Source of the DNA: an uncultured delta proteobacterium
GTDB lineage: Bacteria > Myxococcota_A > Polyangia > Fen-1088
Assembly: GCA_963796685.1 (NCBI GenBank)
Contig: CAWCMR010000025.1
Coordinates: 1,632,001 to 1,696,000 of the forward strand
Reading direction: 5' to 3'
Length of the DNA: 64,000 nucleotides
In this document: positions 49,470 to 60,903 of the stretch, in pieces
How the letters are laid out: each line of letters starts with the position of its first letter
Numbering within the stretch: the stretch's first letter is position 1
Made by a program: the position numbers and the translations under genes
The notes under the pieces: generated by a model
The model's input: only the letters and a program-made list of their open reading frames with translations
What the model was told of the DNA's origin: nothing
The model's database searches: none

Positions 49470-51047
49470 CTACTCCAAATGAAGGGGACCCGTGGGCTTG
49501 CGTGCGAGCTTGAGAAAGTACAGAAGCGGCAGGACGGTGAGGAACACGATTCCCGCCAGGTAGAACGTGCGTTCGAAGGCCAAGGTCATGCCCTGGCCGA
49601 AGACCAGCCCGTGCAGAGCCTGGAGAGCGCCATCGCGCGCCGAAGCGGGATCGAGCCCACGCGCGCGAAGCCCCGCCGTGATTTGGGCGAGACGCGTGAC
49701 GACCTCGGGGCGGAACGCGGTGATGTGCACGCCGAGACTGGCGCGCGCAACGGTTCCGGAGCGCGTGAGCAGGGTGGCGAAGATGGCGAGGCCGATGGAG
49801 CCGCCGAGCTGGCGAAACAGCGAGTTGAGCCCGGCCGCATCGGCAAGGCGGGGCTTGGGAATATTCGAAAGAGCCGCAGCCGCGAGAGGAATGAAGAGAC
49901 ACGAGAAGCCCACGCCTTGAACGAGCGTGGCCAGGATGATTTGCGCCAAGCTCGTCTGCAGGGTGAAGGTGGCCATGGCGAACGAGCCCACCGAGACCCA
50001 AACCACGCCGTTGCCCACGAGCACGCGCAGCGGCACCTTGTTGTACAGCTTGCCCACGATGGGGTTGACCACGAACATGATGCCTGCACGCGGGAGCAGC
50101 GCGAGGCCCGTGTCGATGGCCGAGTAGCCGAGCAATTCCTGCATGAAGACGGGCAGGAGAAAGAGGTTGGCCATGAGGACGGCGAATTGCACGGCGCCGA
50201 TGAGCGTGGCGGACATGAAGGTCTTGTCCTTGAACAGCCGCAGATCCACCGCGGGCACGGCGGCGGTGAATTCCCGAATGACGAACGCGACCAGCGCGAT
50301 GATGCCGATGGACAGGAAGGCGCAAATAGTGCGCGATTCGAACCAGTCGTCGCGCGTGCCTTCTTCGAGCACATACTGGATGAGCGCCAGCCCGACGGCC
50401 ATCATGGCGATGCCGATCCAATCGACGTTCTTCTTTTCGCGCGCGGCCTGGGCGTGGTTGGCGTGCAGGGTTTCCTCGTCTTCGTGGACGAAGGTCGAGA
50501 CCATCAGCATGCCGAGGGCACCTACCGGCAGGTTGATGAAGAAGATCCACTCCCAGCTGTAGTGGTCGACGATGAATCCCCCGAGCGTCGGCCCGATCGC
50601 CGGCCCCAGCACGACCGCCATGCCGAACACGGCCATGGCCATGCCCTGCTCGTGCGGCGGGAAGGTTCGGCGCAGGATGGCCTGCTCGGTGGGCTGCAAG
50701 GCGCCGGCACCCAGACCTTGCAGGATTCGGAAGACCGTCAGGGTCGTCAGCGTGTGCGCCGTCCCGCACAAAGCCGAGCCGAGCAGAAAGATCATCAGTG
50801 AAGTGAGGTACACGCGCTTCTGGCCGAACATGCGCGAGAGGAACCCCGTCAGCGGCATCACGATGACGTTGGCCACCACGAAGCCCGTCGTGATCCAGGT
50901 GATTTCCTCCAGCGTGGCGCCGACCGAGCCGCGGATGTGCGGCAAGGCCACGTTCACGATGGAGGCATCGATGGTGCCCATCAAGGTGCCGAAGGTAACC
51001 GACAGGGTGACCAGCCACTTGTTGACTGGCGGGTGTTTGACCGTCAT
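49470..51047 (-). CDS. emrB: DHA2/EmrB-family MFS efflux permease
   Basis: IDASIVNVALP, FRILQG, GPAIGPTLGG, WIFFINLP. Confidence 0.9.
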   Translation of the reverse strand: MTVKHPPVNKWLVTLSVTFGTLMGTIDASIVNVALPHIRGSVGATLEEITWITTGFVVANVIVMPLTGFLSRMFGQKRVYLTSLMIFLLGSALCGTAHTLTTLTVFRILQGLGAGALQPTEQAILRRTFPPHEQGMAMAVFGMAVVLGPAIGPTLGGFIVDHYSWEWIFFINLPVGALGMLMVSTFVHEDEETLHANHAQAAREKKNVDWIGIAMMAVGLALIQYVLEEGTRDDWFESRTICAFLSIGIIALVAFVIREFTAAVPAVDLRLFKDKTFMSATLIGAVQFAVLMANLFLLPVFMQELLGYSAIDTGLALLPRAGIMFVVNPIVGKLYNKVPLRVLVGNGVVWVSVGSFAMATFTLQTSLAQIILATLVQGVGFSCLFIPLAAAALSNIPKPRLADAAGLNSLFRQLGGSIGLAIFATLLTRSGTVARASLGVHITAFRPEVVTRLAQITAGLRARGLDPASARDGALQALHGLVFGQGMTLAFERTFYLAGIVFLTVLPLLYFLKLARKPTGPLHLE

Positions 51048-51643
51048 CAGGAGGTCCTTGCCGGCGTCGACGGCACCGCCGGGGCGATGCCCTGCCAAAG
51101 CCCGGCGATGAGCCGCTCGGCGAATACCTTCGCCGACATGGAGCGGTCGCCGGCCACGGTTTGCAGAAAACAGTAGTTCCACACCGACCCCATGAACATG
51201 CGCGCGATGATGGGCGGATCGCCGCCGACCCGGCCGAGGGCCTTTTCGGCCTTGAAGAAGGCGGTCAGGGCACGCAAAACCTCGCGCGGTCGGTCGCAAA
51301 CCTTGGCGTGGGCGGCGCGCTCGCGCTCGGACCAGCGCAACATCAGCTTGGGTAAGAGGCTGTTCAGGTAGTGCACGCTCTCGATGGTGATGCGCATGAG
51401 GTTCTTGCGTAGGTCGCCCTGTCCGGTGTAGCGGTCCAACCCGAAGGCTGGCGGCTGGGCGTCGTCCATGGCCGCGCGGAAGAGATCGTCCTTGGTCGCG
51501 AAGCGATTGAAGACGCTGCCCTCGGATACGCCGGCGCGCCGGGCGATGTCCACCGTGCTGGCCTTGGTGAAACCATGGGTAAAGAACTCGGCGCGCGCGG
51601 CGTCGAGGATCTGCTGATTCGAGATGGTGGAAGGCCGGGCCAT
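51047..51643 (-). CDS. TetR-family regulator
   Basis: ILDAA...HGF...IARRAGVSEGSVFNRFATKDDL. Confidence 0.9.
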   Translation of the reverse strand: MARPSTISNQQILDAARAEFFTHGFTKASTVDIARRAGVSEGSVFNRFATKDDLFRAAMDDAQPPAFGLDRYTGQGDLRKNLMRITIESVHYLNSLLPKLMLRWSERERAAHAKVCDRPREVLRALTAFFKAEKALGRVGGDPPIIARMFMGSVWNYCFLQTVAGDRSMSAKVFAERLIAGLWQGIAPAVPSTPARTS

Positions 51644-51646
51644 TTA

Positions 51647-51660
51647 TGAGTAGTGACTCA
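51647..51660. promoter_or_regulatory. Putative TetR operator
   Basis: TGAGT-AGTG-ACTCA palindrome 3 bp upstream of the tetR start. Confidence 0.6.
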
Positions 51661-51799
51661 AATATGATGAGTGCAGGGCCGCTCGGCAAGACCAAAAATA
51701 GAGGAATTCCATCCGAAAACCCGGTCTGCGAAAGTTACTTTCGCGTTACAAGGATTCTAACTATGCTGAATCCGTGACCTCTTACCGATCACGGATGGC

Positions 51800-53206
51800 A
51801 TGCTGACGCGAACCCGAATCGCCCTGGTCGCCGTGGCCGCGGCCCTGGCGGTCGGCCTGCCGACCTTGCGCAACGGATTCGCCATCGACGACATCTATGT
51901 CTTCGTCGACCAGCCGGCGGCGCACAGCCTGGGCAACCTTCCCAAGTTCTTCGTGGGCGGATGGGGCATGGAAACCACCAACGCCCAAGAGCGCGCGCTC
52001 AACACCCGCTACTACCGCCCGGTCGCTACAACCCTGGGGGCGCTGGAGTACACCCTCTTCGGCTTGCATCCGGCCGGCTACCATCTCACGAGCATGCTCT
52101 TGCACGCGGCCACGGCGGCCCTGGTGGCGCTCCTGCTCTGGCAGCTCACCGGGGGCGCTGCGCTCGCCGCACTTTTCGGCGGCGTTCTGTTCGCGATTCA
52201 CCCTGCGCAAAGCGAGGCCTTCTGCGCGGCATGCTACCAGACGACCTTGCTGGCGGGGTTCTTCGGCACGCTGACGCTGGTCGTTTTTGGGCGCGTGCTC
52301 GAGCGCGGGCCGCGCCCGCTCGAGTTGGCTCTGCTCGGCACCAGCCTGCTCTTCGCGCTCCTCTCCAAGGAAGAATCGTTCGCCATTCCCTTGTTCGCGG
52401 TGGCCTGGGCGGTGCTGCTGCGGCCGGCGGGTTGGCGGAGAGCGCTTGCATCCAGCGCCATCGCGATGGGCATACCCTTGATCCTGGTGTTGCTGCTGCG
52501 CAACGCCTTTCTCACCCCATCCAGGGTGACTTATTTCGCCGACGAGCCTGCGCGCGTGGTCGTGCTGACCATGGTGCGCGTGGCCGGGCTCTACGCAGAG
52601 CTCCTGTTGGCGCCGCTTCGCTTCTGCCCGTTCTACGACTGGTTCATCATCGGCTACGAAACCACGCTTTCCTCGGGCGTGCTGACGGGCGCGGCCGTTC
52701 TTTGCCTCGCCGTGGTCGCGGCGCTGTACTGCGTGCGACGTGCTCCGCTCGTCGCGCTGGGCATCGCCTGGATCCTGCTCGGGCTCGCGCCGGTCAGCCA
52801 AGCCATCCCCATCATCGTGGTGGCCGCCGAACGCTTCCTCTACATTCCCATGCTCGGCTGGGTCTTGCTGGTGGGGCTGTTGCTCGAACGCGCACTCCAC
52901 CGTGCGCGAACGGCCGGCTGGAACAAGCTGCCGGCAGCCGTCGTCGCGCTCTTGTTTCTCGCGTACGCGGTCCGCACCGTGACCCGTGTACCCGACTGGC
53001 GCAACGACGAAACGCTGAACCTCGCCACCGCCGAATTCTTTCCCGAAACCCCGGCGCCGTTCCTCAATCTGGCGACCTACTACGAACGGGTGGAAAGGGA
53101 TCCCGCCAAAGCCCTCGAGGCCCTCGCCGAGGCCGACCGTCGTGCGCCCGGCTGGCGCCCCGCCCGCGAACGAGCGGCTCGGCTGAGGATGGAAATCGCG
53201 CCGTAG
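51800..53206 (+). CDS. TMTC-like GT-C membrane protein with C-terminal TPR
   Basis: FAIDD, YYRP, YHLTSMLLH, FAIHP..SEA, SKE, AERFLYIP. Confidence 0.8.
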   Translation: MLTRTRIALVAVAAALAVGLPTLRNGFAIDDIYVFVDQPAAHSLGNLPKFFVGGWGMETTNAQERALNTRYYRPVATTLGALEYTLFGLHPAGYHLTSMLLHAATAALVALLLWQLTGGAALAALFGGVLFAIHPAQSEAFCAACYQTTLLAGFFGTLTLVVFGRVLERGPRPLELALLGTSLLFALLSKEESFAIPLFAVAWAVLLRPAGWRRALASSAIAMGIPLILVLLLRNAFLTPSRVTYFADEPARVVVLTMVRVAGLYAELLLAPLRFCPFYDWFIIGYETTLSSGVLTGAAVLCLAVVAALYCVRRAPLVALGIAWILLGLAPVSQAIPIIVVAAERFLYIPMLGWVLLVGLLLERALHRARTAGWNKLPAAVVALLFLAYAVRTVTRVPDWRNDETLNLATAEFFPETPAPFLNLATYYERVERDPAKALEALAEADRRAPGWRPARERAARLRMEIAP

Positions 53207-53245
53207 ACGGGATTCGAATCCCTATTTCCATGAACGTCCTCGCGC

Positions 53246-54511
53246 CTACAGCTTCTGGAAGACGCGCACGTAGTCGACCTCGTACTGCACCGGGAAGGTG
53301 GTGCCCGACGGATCGCCGCCGTTGTCGCCGCCGATGGCGAGGTTCAGGATCATGTAGACCTTCTGTTTGAAGGGACTCGACCCGTCGGAGTTGAGCATGT
53401 TCGCCAGCGCCACTCCGTTCATCAAGGTGTCGTCGAGATAGAGGTTGATGTTCTGGTCGTCCCAGTCCATGCGCCAGACGTGGAAATTGGATGCCCAGTC
53501 GGCGCCCAGCGAGGAGATGGCCTTGGACGACGAATCCCACTTGGCGGTCCAGCGCGTGGCCGTGCCGCAGGCCACGTTGGCCAGCACGTTGCCCTTGTAG
53601 AACTCCATGATGTCGATCTCGCCGTTCGACGGCCATTCGCCGCTGACCCCGAGGGTCCACCAGGCCGGCCACATTCCGGTGCTGGTGGGAATGCGGGCGC
53701 GCATTTCGAAGCGGCCGTATTGCCAGGTCTGCAGGCCGGAGGTGGTCATGCTGGAGGACGTGTACTGGGCGTACTGTCGACTGGTCTTCCAGTCCGAGCT
53801 GCCCGCGGAATAGTTGGGATTGGCGACCTGCTCCTTGCGGCCTTCGATGACGAGCACGCCGCCTTTCACGGTGGCGTTGTCGGGCTGGTACCACTGCAGC
53901 TCGTTGTTGCGCACGAAGCCCTTCTCGTAGTTCCAGTTCTTGGGGTCGGGCGTGCCATCGGTGTTGAACTCGTCGGACCAGACCAGCTTGTAACCGTCGG
54001 GGACATTGATGCCGCCATCGCCGGCCGAGCCATCACCCGGTGTAGCTCCGGCGTCGAGGGGAGCATCCTTGGGCGGCTGCGCGTCGGCTTTACCGTCCTT
54101 GGCCGATCCCGCGTCGCCGATGGCTCCGCCCGTGGCAACCGGGCCGCCGTCGCTCTTTCCGCCACCCATGCCAGAGGTCGATCCGCCCGTGCCGGTCGTG
54201 CTGCCCCCCGCGGAAGTGCCTCCGTTGCCCGTGCCTGTCGTCGCTCCCCCGGTGCCGGGTGTGCTGCCTCCCGTGGAAGTGGTCCGGCCGCCCGTTCCGC
54301 CGGTGACGCCGCCAGTGCTGGTCGTGCCGCCGCTCGCGCCAGTCGTGGATCCACCGCCGCCGCCATTCCCACCGGCGGAGACCTCTGCGGCGTCTGCCTT
54401 CATCGCCGGCAGGTCGCTCGTCGTGCCCTTTCCACAACCAAACAATCCCAGCACGGCCGCCGGAGCGAGCCACACGAAGAACCACGCGTGACGCATTGAA
54501 GGTGCTGCCAT
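53246..54511 (-). CDS. GH16 glycoside hydrolase lipoprotein with Gly/Thr linker
   Basis: LFGC lipobox, LVWSDEF, WPAWW, GEIDIME, VDYVRVF. Confidence 0.9.
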   Translation of the reverse strand: MAAPSMRHAWFFVWLAPAAVLGLFGCGKGTTSDLPAMKADAAEVSAGGNGGGGGSTTGASGGTTSTGGVTGGTGGRTTSTGGSTPGTGGATTGTGNGGTSAGGSTTGTGGSTSGMGGGKSDGGPVATGGAIGDAGSAKDGKADAQPPKDAPLDAGATPGDGSAGDGGINVPDGYKLVWSDEFNTDGTPDPKNWNYEKGFVRNNELQWYQPDNATVKGGVLVIEGRKEQVANPNYSAGSSDWKTSRQYAQYTSSSMTTSGLQTWQYGRFEMRARIPTSTGMWPAWWTLGVSGEWPSNGEIDIMEFYKGNVLANVACGTATRWTAKWDSSSKAISSLGADWASNFHVWRMDWDDQNINLYLDDTLMNGVALANMLNSDGSSPFKQKVYMILNLAIGGDNGGDPSGTTFPVQYEVDYVRVFQKL

Positions 54512-54608
54512 GTCTTCCCTCCGGCTGGTATGACGCGGCCAGGTCGGTTGGCCCGTGGACAGAATGTTAGCGCCTTATACGGCGGTCGCAGGTAGCACTT
54601 TCGTGCTG

Positions 54609-57050
54609 CTACGCGAACGGCCAAGTCCAGTCGGATTCGCTCGGCCGGTCGATGCCCTCGGCGTGCGCGTGGGCGCGACATTCGAGCTGGATGTTGCGGA
54701 AGCGCTCGCGCGCGTGGGCGCCGATGGCGCTCAGGCGAGGCACGCGATCGATGACGTCGATGGCCAGGCTGAAGCGGTCGACCTCGTTCTGGATGGCCAG
54801 CTCCAGCGGGGTGTTGATGTTGCCCTTCTCTTTGTAGCCGCGCACGTGCAGGTTCTTGTGGTTGGTGCGGCGGTAGGCCAGGCGGTGGATCAGCCAAGGG
54901 TAGCCGTGGAACGCGAAAATGACCGGCCGGTCGACGGTGAACAGGCTGTCGAAATCGCGGTTCGAGAGCCCGTGCGGGTGCTCGGTGTCGGGTTGCAGGC
55001 GGAACAGATCCACGACGTTGATGAAGCGCAGCTTGATGTCGGGGAATTCCTGGCGCAGCAAGGCCGAGGCAGCCAGGGCTTCCTTCGTGGGCACGTCGCC
55101 CGCCGAGACCAGGACCACGTCCGGCTCCTGTCCGCCGTCGGTGCTGGCCCATTCCCAGATCCCTACCCCCTTGGTGCAGTGGCGGATGGCCGCGTCCATG
55201 TCCAGGTACTGCAAGTGCTTCTGCTTGTCGGCCACGATCACGTTGACGTAGTTGCGGCTGCGCAGACAATGGTCGGCGACCGACAGGAGGCAATTGGCGT
55301 CGGGTGGCAAGTAGATGCGCGTGACGGACGCGCTCTTGTTGACCACCAAATCGAGGAAGCCCGGATCCTGGTGGGTGAAGCCGTTGTGATCCTGACGCCA
55401 CACCGTCGAGGTGATGAGCAGATTGAGCGACGCCAGATCGGCCCGCCAGGGCAGGTGGCTGCAGATCTCCAGCCACTTGGCGTGTTGGTTGAACATGGAA
55501 TCGATGACGTGGGCGAAGGCTTCGTAGGTCGAGAAGAAACCGTGCCGGCCGGTGAGCAGGTAACCTTCCAGCCAACCTTCCAGGGTGTGCTCGGACAGCA
55601 TCTCCATCACGCGGCCGTCGGGGCTAAGCTCGGTCCCGTCGCTGTCGTCGGGCAAGGGCTCGGCCATCCAGCACTTCTTGGTGACCTCGTAGACCGCATC
55701 GAGCTTGTTCGAGGTGTTCTCGTCGGGGCCGAACACCCGGAAGCTCACCGGGTTGGCGGCCAGGGTGTCGCGCAAAAGCGCGCCCAAGGGCCGCGTGTTC
55801 TCGGCCGTGGTCTGGCCCGGCACCACGTCCTTGATGGCGTAGGCGCAGAAGTCGGGCAGGCGCAGATCCTTGCGCAGAAGCCCGCCGTTGGCGTGCGGGT
55901 TGGAACCCATGCGCCGCGCTCCCTTGGGCGCGAGGTCGCGGAGCTCGGGCGCCAGGCGTCCGTCACGGTCGAACAGCTCGTCGGGTTTGTAACTGTTGAG
56001 CCAATTCTCGAGCAGCTTCAGGTTCTCGGGTTTGGTGGCGACCTCGGTCAGCGGCACTTGATGCGCGCGCCACGTGCCCGCGATCTTGTGCCCGCCCACC
56101 ATGGCCGGCCCGGTCCATCCCTTGGGCGAGCGCAAGACGATCATGGGCCAGCGCGGACGCACCACCGCGCCCGAACCGCGCGCCTCGGCCTGGATGCGGT
56201 TGATCTCCTCGACCGCGTGGTTGAGCGTGGCCGCCATCGCCTGGTGCATGCTCGCCGGCTCCGAGCCCTCGACGAAAAGTGGCTCCCAGCCGTAGCCGCG
56301 CATGAGGCTCGCCAGCTCGTCCCGGGCGATGCGCGCGAGGATGGTCGGGTTGTTGATCTTGTAGCCGTTCAAATTGAGGATGGGCAGCACGGCCCCGTCG
56401 CGTGCGGGGTTGAGGAACTTGTTGCCGTGCCAAGAGGTGGCCAGGGGGCCGGTCTCGGCCTCGCCGTCGCCCACCACCACGGCGACCAGCAGGTCGGGAT
56501 TGTCGAACGCCGCACCGAAGGCGTGCGAGAGGCTGTAGCCGAGCTCGCCGCCCTCGTGAATCGAGCCGGGCGTTTCCGGGGTGCAGTGGCTGCCGATGCC
56601 GCCGGGGAAGGAAAACTGTTGGAAGAAGAGCTGCAGCCCGCGCAGATCCTGGCTCCGATCGGGATAGATCTCGCTGTACGAGCCTTCGAGATAGATGGGC
56701 GCGAGCACGCCGGGCGCGCCGTGGCCCGGCCCGGCCAGGAAGATGGCGTTCAAGTCGTATTCGCGGATCACGCGATTCATGTGCGTGTAGACGAAGCTGA
56801 GACCCGGGCTCGAGCCCCAGTGGCCGAGCAGGCGCTTCTTGATGTGCTCGGGTTTGAGGGGCTCGTGCAAGAGCGGGTTGTCGCGCAGATAGATCATACC
56901 GGCCGCCAGGTAGTTGCAGGCGCGCCAGAATCCATCGGTGCGCGCCAGCGCCTCGGGCGACAGCGGCGTGCCGCTGATGGTGGATTTGGCCGGGCCGAAG
57001 GCGCGCGTTCCGACCAGTTCGTCGTTCGTGTGTCCCATGATGGGGGCCAT
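54609..57050 (-). CDS. xfp: Phosphoketolase
   Basis: [36 protein letters not shown]. Confidence 0.96.
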   Translation of the reverse strand: MAPIMGHTNDELVGTRAFGPAKSTISGTPLSPEALARTDGFWRACNYLAAGMIYLRDNPLLHEPLKPEHIKKRLLGHWGSSPGLSFVYTHMNRVIREYDLNAIFLAGPGHGAPGVLAPIYLEGSYSEIYPDRSQDLRGLQLFFQQFSFPGGIGSHCTPETPGSIHEGGELGYSLSHAFGAAFDNPDLLVAVVVGDGEAETGPLATSWHGNKFLNPARDGAVLPILNLNGYKINNPTILARIARDELASLMRGYGWEPLFVEGSEPASMHQAMAATLNHAVEEINRIQAEARGSGAVVRPRWPMIVLRSPKGWTGPAMVGGHKIAGTWRAHQVPLTEVATKPENLKLLENWLNSYKPDELFDRDGRLAPELRDLAPKGARRMGSNPHANGGLLRKDLRLPDFCAYAIKDVVPGQTTAENTRPLGALLRDTLAANPVSFRVFGPDENTSNKLDAVYEVTKKCWMAEPLPDDSDGTELSPDGRVMEMLSEHTLEGWLEGYLLTGRHGFFSTYEAFAHVIDSMFNQHAKWLEICSHLPWRADLASLNLLITSTVWRQDHNGFTHQDPGFLDLVVNKSASVTRIYLPPDANCLLSVADHCLRSRNYVNVIVADKQKHLQYLDMDAAIRHCTKGVGIWEWASTDGGQEPDVVLVSAGDVPTKEALAASALLRQEFPDIKLRFINVVDLFRLQPDTEHPHGLSNRDFDSLFTVDRPVIFAFHGYPWLIHRLAYRRTNHKNLHVRGYKEKGNINTPLELAIQNEVDRFSLAIDVIDRVPRLSAIGAHARERFRNIQLECRAHAHAEGIDRPSESDWTWPFA

Positions 57051-57109
57051 GATAGCAGCCTCCTTTGTCCGTGGCGCGTCGGGTTCTCGCTGCGTAGACT
57101 AGCGCCGTC

Positions 57110-57748
57110 ATGAACAGAAAAGCCCTTCTTGCACTCTGTGCGCTGTCATTCGGTCTCGGCTGCAAACAAGACCAGCCCAGGATCCTGCGGACCCCGCCGC
57201 AGCCCATGGCCCAGTCCGCGCAGCCGCTAAATCAGGAATTGCCCCCAGGGCACCCGCCCATTCCCAGCGAACCTCAAGGCAACGGGCCGAGCATGCCCAT
57301 GCCGCCGCCGTCCATGCCGGCTGGCGCCGAGGCGATTGCGTGGGATCTGCCCAAGGGCTGGACCGAGGCCCGCGCGGGCGGCATGCGCCTGGCCACGCTG
57401 AAACCGCCGGCCGCGGGAAAGATAGACGTCAGCGTGATCGTGTTGCCGGGCACGGCGGGCGGCGAGCTTGCCAACGTGAATCGCTGGCGCGGTCAGATCG
57501 GCTTGCCACCCGTCGATGAAGCCACCCGCGCGCACATGCGCAAGGAGGTCAAGTCCAAGGCCGGCTCCATCTCGCTGTACGATTTCTCCGGGCAGGGCGC
57601 GAACAAGGAGCGAATGATCGCCGGTCTACTGTTTGCCGATGGCCGCTCCTGGTTCGTGAAGATGGTGGGCGACGAAGGTCCGGTCGCGGCGTCGCGCGCG
57701 GATTTGGTGAAGCTGCTCGAAAGCTTGCACTTCCCCCCGGGCAAGTAG
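57110..57748 (+). CDS. Lipoprotein
   Basis: GLGC lipobox, [20 protein letters not shown]. Confidence 0.75.
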   Translation: MNRKALLALCALSFGLGCKQDQPRILRTPPQPMAQSAQPLNQELPPGHPPIPSEPQGNGPSMPMPPPSMPAGAEAIAWDLPKGWTEARAGGMRLATLKPPAAGKIDVSVIVLPGTAGGELANVNRWRGQIGLPPVDEATRAHMRKEVKSKAGSISLYDFSGQGANKERMIAGLLFADGRSWFVKMVGDEGPVAASRADLVKLLESLHFPPGK

Positions 57749-57753
57749 CCCCG

Positions 57754-58137
57754 ATGGAAGCCGAGGATCTCGAGCAGCAACGTTCTGTCGCCCAGTCGAT
57801 GGGCGTGATGAACGCCCGCCGGCACATTTTTCTGTGCTGCGACCAGACCGTTCCCAAGTGCTGCGACGCAGTCCGTGGCAACCAGGCATGGGACTACTTG
57901 AAGAGGCGTCTGCGGGAGCTGGGGCTGTCGGAGAAAGGCGGCATCCAGCGCACCAAGGCCAATTGCCTGCGCATCTGCCAGGGCGGACCCATCGCCGTGG
58001 TCTATCCCGAGGGTGCCTGGTACCACTCGTGCGATCCGCCCGTGCTCGAGCGCATCATCCAAGAGCACCTCATCGGCGGCAAGCTCGTCGAGGATTTCCT
58101 GATTACCCAGAAGACGCTTCAGGGCGCCGCCGGTTAG
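57754..58137 (+). CDS. Thioredoxin-like [2Fe-2S] ferredoxin
   Basis: HIFLC...CC...[17 protein letters not shown]. Confidence 0.88.
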   Translation: MEAEDLEQQRSVAQSMGVMNARRHIFLCCDQTVPKCCDAVRGNQAWDYLKRRLRELGLSEKGGIQRTKANCLRICQGGPIAVVYPEGAWYHSCDPPVLERIIQEHLIGGKLVEDFLITQKTLQGAAG

Positions 58138-58601
58138 CCGAGTGCCTTGTCGACGGCGCGGAGCAGTCGCTTGCTGTCGGGCGAGGTGACCGACACGAAA
58201 TAGTCCGCCACCTCGCCATCGCGTCCGACGAGGTATTTGTAGAAGTTCCACTTCGGCTTGGGGTGTTTCGCGGTCAGGAAAGCAAACACCGGGGACTGGC
58301 CGTCGCCCCTGGTGACCACCTTGGCGAACATGGGGAAGGTCACGTGGAAGTTGAGATCGCAGAAGGTGCGGATCTCTTCGGCCGTTCCCGGCTCCTGGTG
58401 GCCAAAGTCGTTCGACGGAAACCCCAGCACCACCAGGCCGCGCTCGCGGTAGGACTGCCAAAGGTTTTCGAGCTCGGCGTACTGGGGCGTGAAGCCGCAC
58501 TGCGAGGCGGTGTTGACGGCCAGCACCACCTTGCCCTGATAGGCGGTCATGGGCTGCTCGCGCCCGTCGAGCATGGGCACCGACAGATCGAAGAAAGTCA
58601 T
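58134..58601 (-). CDS. Glutathione peroxidase family
   Basis: [28 protein letters not shown]. Confidence 0.92.
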   Translation of the reverse strand: MTFFDLSVPMLDGREQPMTAYQGKVVLAVNTASQCGFTPQYAELENLWQSYRERGLVVLGFPSNDFGHQEPGTAEEIRTFCDLNFHVTFPMFAKVVTRGDGQSPVFAFLTAKHPKPKWNFYKYLVGRDGEVADYFVSVTSPDSKRLLRAVDKALG

Positions 58602-58692
58602 GGCACGACTTGGATGCTCGCGCGGCCTCCGAGGTGCCGGTGTTTCTGTCGACCTGCCCAGGTCATGGACAGGTCAACAGAAACGATTCCTC

Positions 58693-59103
58693 CTAACTTG
58701 CCCTGACCGTGATCTGTCTCGGTCGGGCGCGTTCGAGCTTGGGCAGCTCCAGCTTCAGCACGCCGTCGGTGAGCTTGGCGTCGATCTTGGCCTGGTCGAT
58801 GACCTCCGAGAGGGTGAACTGTCTGAAGAACGTTCCCGTCTCGTATTCGCGCAGGACATGCGTCTCCTTCGCGGACTCGGGTGTGGCCACGTGCCCGCTC
58901 AGGGTCAGCACGTTCTCGCGCAGATCGATCTTGAGGTCTTGCGCCTTCACGCCCGGCATGTCGGCCAGCAGCGAAATGCGGTCGTCGCTCTCGAAGATAT
59001 CGACGGCCGGTGAATAGGTCGGGCCGGGCCGGGTTTGCTCGGGCGCGGCAGGCAAATTTCCCTGCTCAGCTTTCTGCATCTCTCTCGTGGATTCCTTCAA
59101 CAT
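58693..59103 (-). CDS. Hsp20 small heat-shock protein
   Basis: PAVDIFE, DMPGV, DGVLKLELPK. Confidence 0.9.
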   Translation of the reverse strand: MLKESTREMQKAEQGNLPAAPEQTRPGPTYSPAVDIFESDDRISLLADMPGVKAQDLKIDLRENVLTLSGHVATPESAKETHVLREYETGTFFRQFTLSEVIDQAKIDAKLTDGVLKLELPKLERARPRQITVRAS

Positions 59104-59136
59104 GGCGACTCTCCTCCTGCATGGGTCCAATCGTGA

Positions 59137-59598
59137 TCAGGATTTCACCGCGATCTGCCTCGGCTTGGCCTCTTCGGCCTTGGGCAGCGTGAGGGTGATG
59201 ATGCCGTCGGCGAAACGCGCCTCGACGCGATCCGCGGCGATCTCGCCGGGCAGGGTGACGGTGCGGCTGAATTCTCCTTCGGCGCGCTCCTTGCGGTGGT
59301 AGCTGACGTGTCCGTTCTCCTGCGGGATCTCGCGCTTGCCCGAGATGGATACCCGGTTGCGCAGCGCCGAGACGGACAGATCCTTGGCGCCGATCCCCGG
59401 CACTTCCGCCCGCAGGTAGAAGTTGTTGTCGTCCTGGGTGATGTTCATGGGCGGGAAGACCCCGGCCGAGAGATCGTGACCGCTGTCGTTGCCGGTGACT
59501 GTGTCGAACACGCGCAGCATCTCGCGACGCAGTTGATCGAATTCGGCGAAGGGGCTTTCGAACGCTGGCCTCGAGGGCCAGACTCTCCTGAGAAGCAT
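59137..59598 (-). CDS. Hsp20 small heat-shock protein
   Basis: FPPMNI, AEVPG, ER..GEFSR, DGIITLTLPK. Confidence 0.9.
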   Translation of the reverse strand: MLLRRVWPSRPAFESPFAEFDQLRREMLRVFDTVTGNDSGHDLSAGVFPPMNITQDDNNFYLRAEVPGIGAKDLSVSALRNRVSISGKREIPQENGHVSYHRKERAEGEFSRTVTLPGEIAADRVEARFADGIITLTLPKAEEAKPRQIAVKS

Positions 59599-59739
59599 GG
59601 CGTTCCTCCTTGGTTGTTGTTTCGAATGGGCTGTCGACAACCGCTTCGATGATGGGTCCATTATTCACCCCAGGGTGGCCGTCAAGCGGGGCGCAGGGGC
59701 ACGGCGATTGCCCCGGGAATTGGCGCCCCTGGGCTCCTT

Positions 59740-59763
59740 GACATCATGACATCACAGCATCAT
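59740..59763. promoter_or_regulatory. Putative vapBC operator
   Basis: Three CATCA repeats (GACATCATGACATCACAGCATCAT) just upstream of the antitoxin. Confidence 0.45.
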
Positions 59764-59772
59764 AGTTTGTCC

Positions 59773-60012
59773 ATGGGAGCAGTCGTTCGGACCACCCTTC
59801 ACCTCGACGGCGACGTCTACCGGGCCGCACGCAGCTTGGCCGGGGCCGGGGGCAAGGGACTGGGCGCCGTGATATCCGATTTGGCGCGCAAAGGACTGCG
59901 GGCGCCGCTTCCGACCGGATGCACGCGACGCGGTTTTCCGACGTTCGATGTGCCCGCCAAGGCTGCTCCCATCACGGCCGAGATGGTTCGCTTCGCACTC
60001 GAGGACGAATGA
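59773..60012 (+). CDS. vapB: VapB-type antitoxin (RHH)
   Basis: RTTLHLDGDV...LGAVISDLARKGL...GFPTF; overlaps the PIN gene. Confidence 0.82.
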   Translation: MGAVVRTTLHLDGDVYRAARSLAGAGGKGLGAVISDLARKGLRAPLPTGCTRRGFPTFDVPAKAAPITAEMVRFALEDE

Positions 60013-60512
60013 CCGAGCCGAGTCGAAGATCGGCGCTGCATCGTGGACCGGGCGCAAGGCGTCGTTCCAAGGAGCAGCCAATCCTTCTCGACGTCAACAT
60101 CTTGGTGGCCTTGGCCTGGCCGAATCACGTGCACCATTCCGCCGCGCATGCCTGGTTCGACCAGGTCGGCCGGGCCGGGTTCGCCACTTGCTCGGTCACC
60201 CAATCAGGATTCGTGCGAGTCTCCTCGAACGCGCGCGCCATTCCCGACGCGCGCTCGCCCCGCGAGGCGAGCGAAATCCTGCGACGGATCACGGCCCTGC
60301 CGGGCCATGTCTTCTGGAGTGACGACGTCGAGATCGCCAGCAGCGTGCACATCGCCTGGGAGCGGCTGGGCAGCCATAACCGGGTGGCGGACGCGCACCT
60401 GCTGGCCCTTGCGCTTCAGCGCGGCGCTCGATTGGCGACCTTCGACCGTGCAATGCCCGACCTGGCGCCAGAGGGAAAGGCCGAACGCGTCGTCGTCCTC
60501 GGTGGCGGCTAG
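60009..60512 (+). CDS. vapC: VapC PIN-domain toxin
   Basis: LLDVNILVAL...H.HH, DAHLLALA, LATFD. Confidence 0.88.
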   Translation: MTEPSRRSALHRGPGARRRSKEQPILLDVNILVALAWPNHVHHSAAHAWFDQVGRAGFATCSVTQSGFVRVSSNARAIPDARSPREASEILRRITALPGHVFWSDDVEIASSVHIAWERLGSHNRVADAHLLALALQRGARLATFDRAMPDLAPEGKAERVVVLGGG

Positions 60513-60529
60513 AGGCTGGACAGGGCCGG

Positions 60530-60871
60530 CTACGAGCCCATCTGCAGGACCTTGGTCAGCTTGGTGATGAGCGCGGGATCGCCGGTGATCTTGAGCTTCC
60601 CCGCGAACAAGATCTGCATCGCGGCCTGCATGCCGCCGTCGATCATCGTGCAAAAATCCTGGTCCGCGACCTCGATGGTGCACTGGGGCTGGCCGGTTGC
60701 GCCGGGGGTGCAAGTGGGGGGGGTGGCCAGCAAGTCGGCGGTCCAGGTACCGCCCTCGCTGCCGCTGATCTTGAACAAATAGATCGCCGCAACCTCCTTG
60801 GCCCGGCCGGGATTGGCCAGCAAGGCTTCGGGTACGCGTTTGTCGAAAAATTCCCTTGCCGTAGTGGCCAT
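60530..60871 (-). CDS. SCP2 sterol-binding domain protein
   Basis: GGTWTAD, FAGKLKITGD. Confidence 0.85.
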   Translation of the reverse strand: MATTAREFFDKRVPEALLANPGRAKEVAAIYLFKISGSEGGTWTADLLATPPTCTPGATGQPQCTIEVADQDFCTMIDGGMQAAMQILFAGKLKITGDPALITKLTKVLQMGS

Positions 60872-60903
60872 CCAGTCCTCCGATGCGTCCTTCCGGGACG
60901 TTC

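Noticed and set aside
54140-54375. Gly/Thr repeats in the GH16 gene
   Set aside because: Ordinary low-complexity lipoprotein linker
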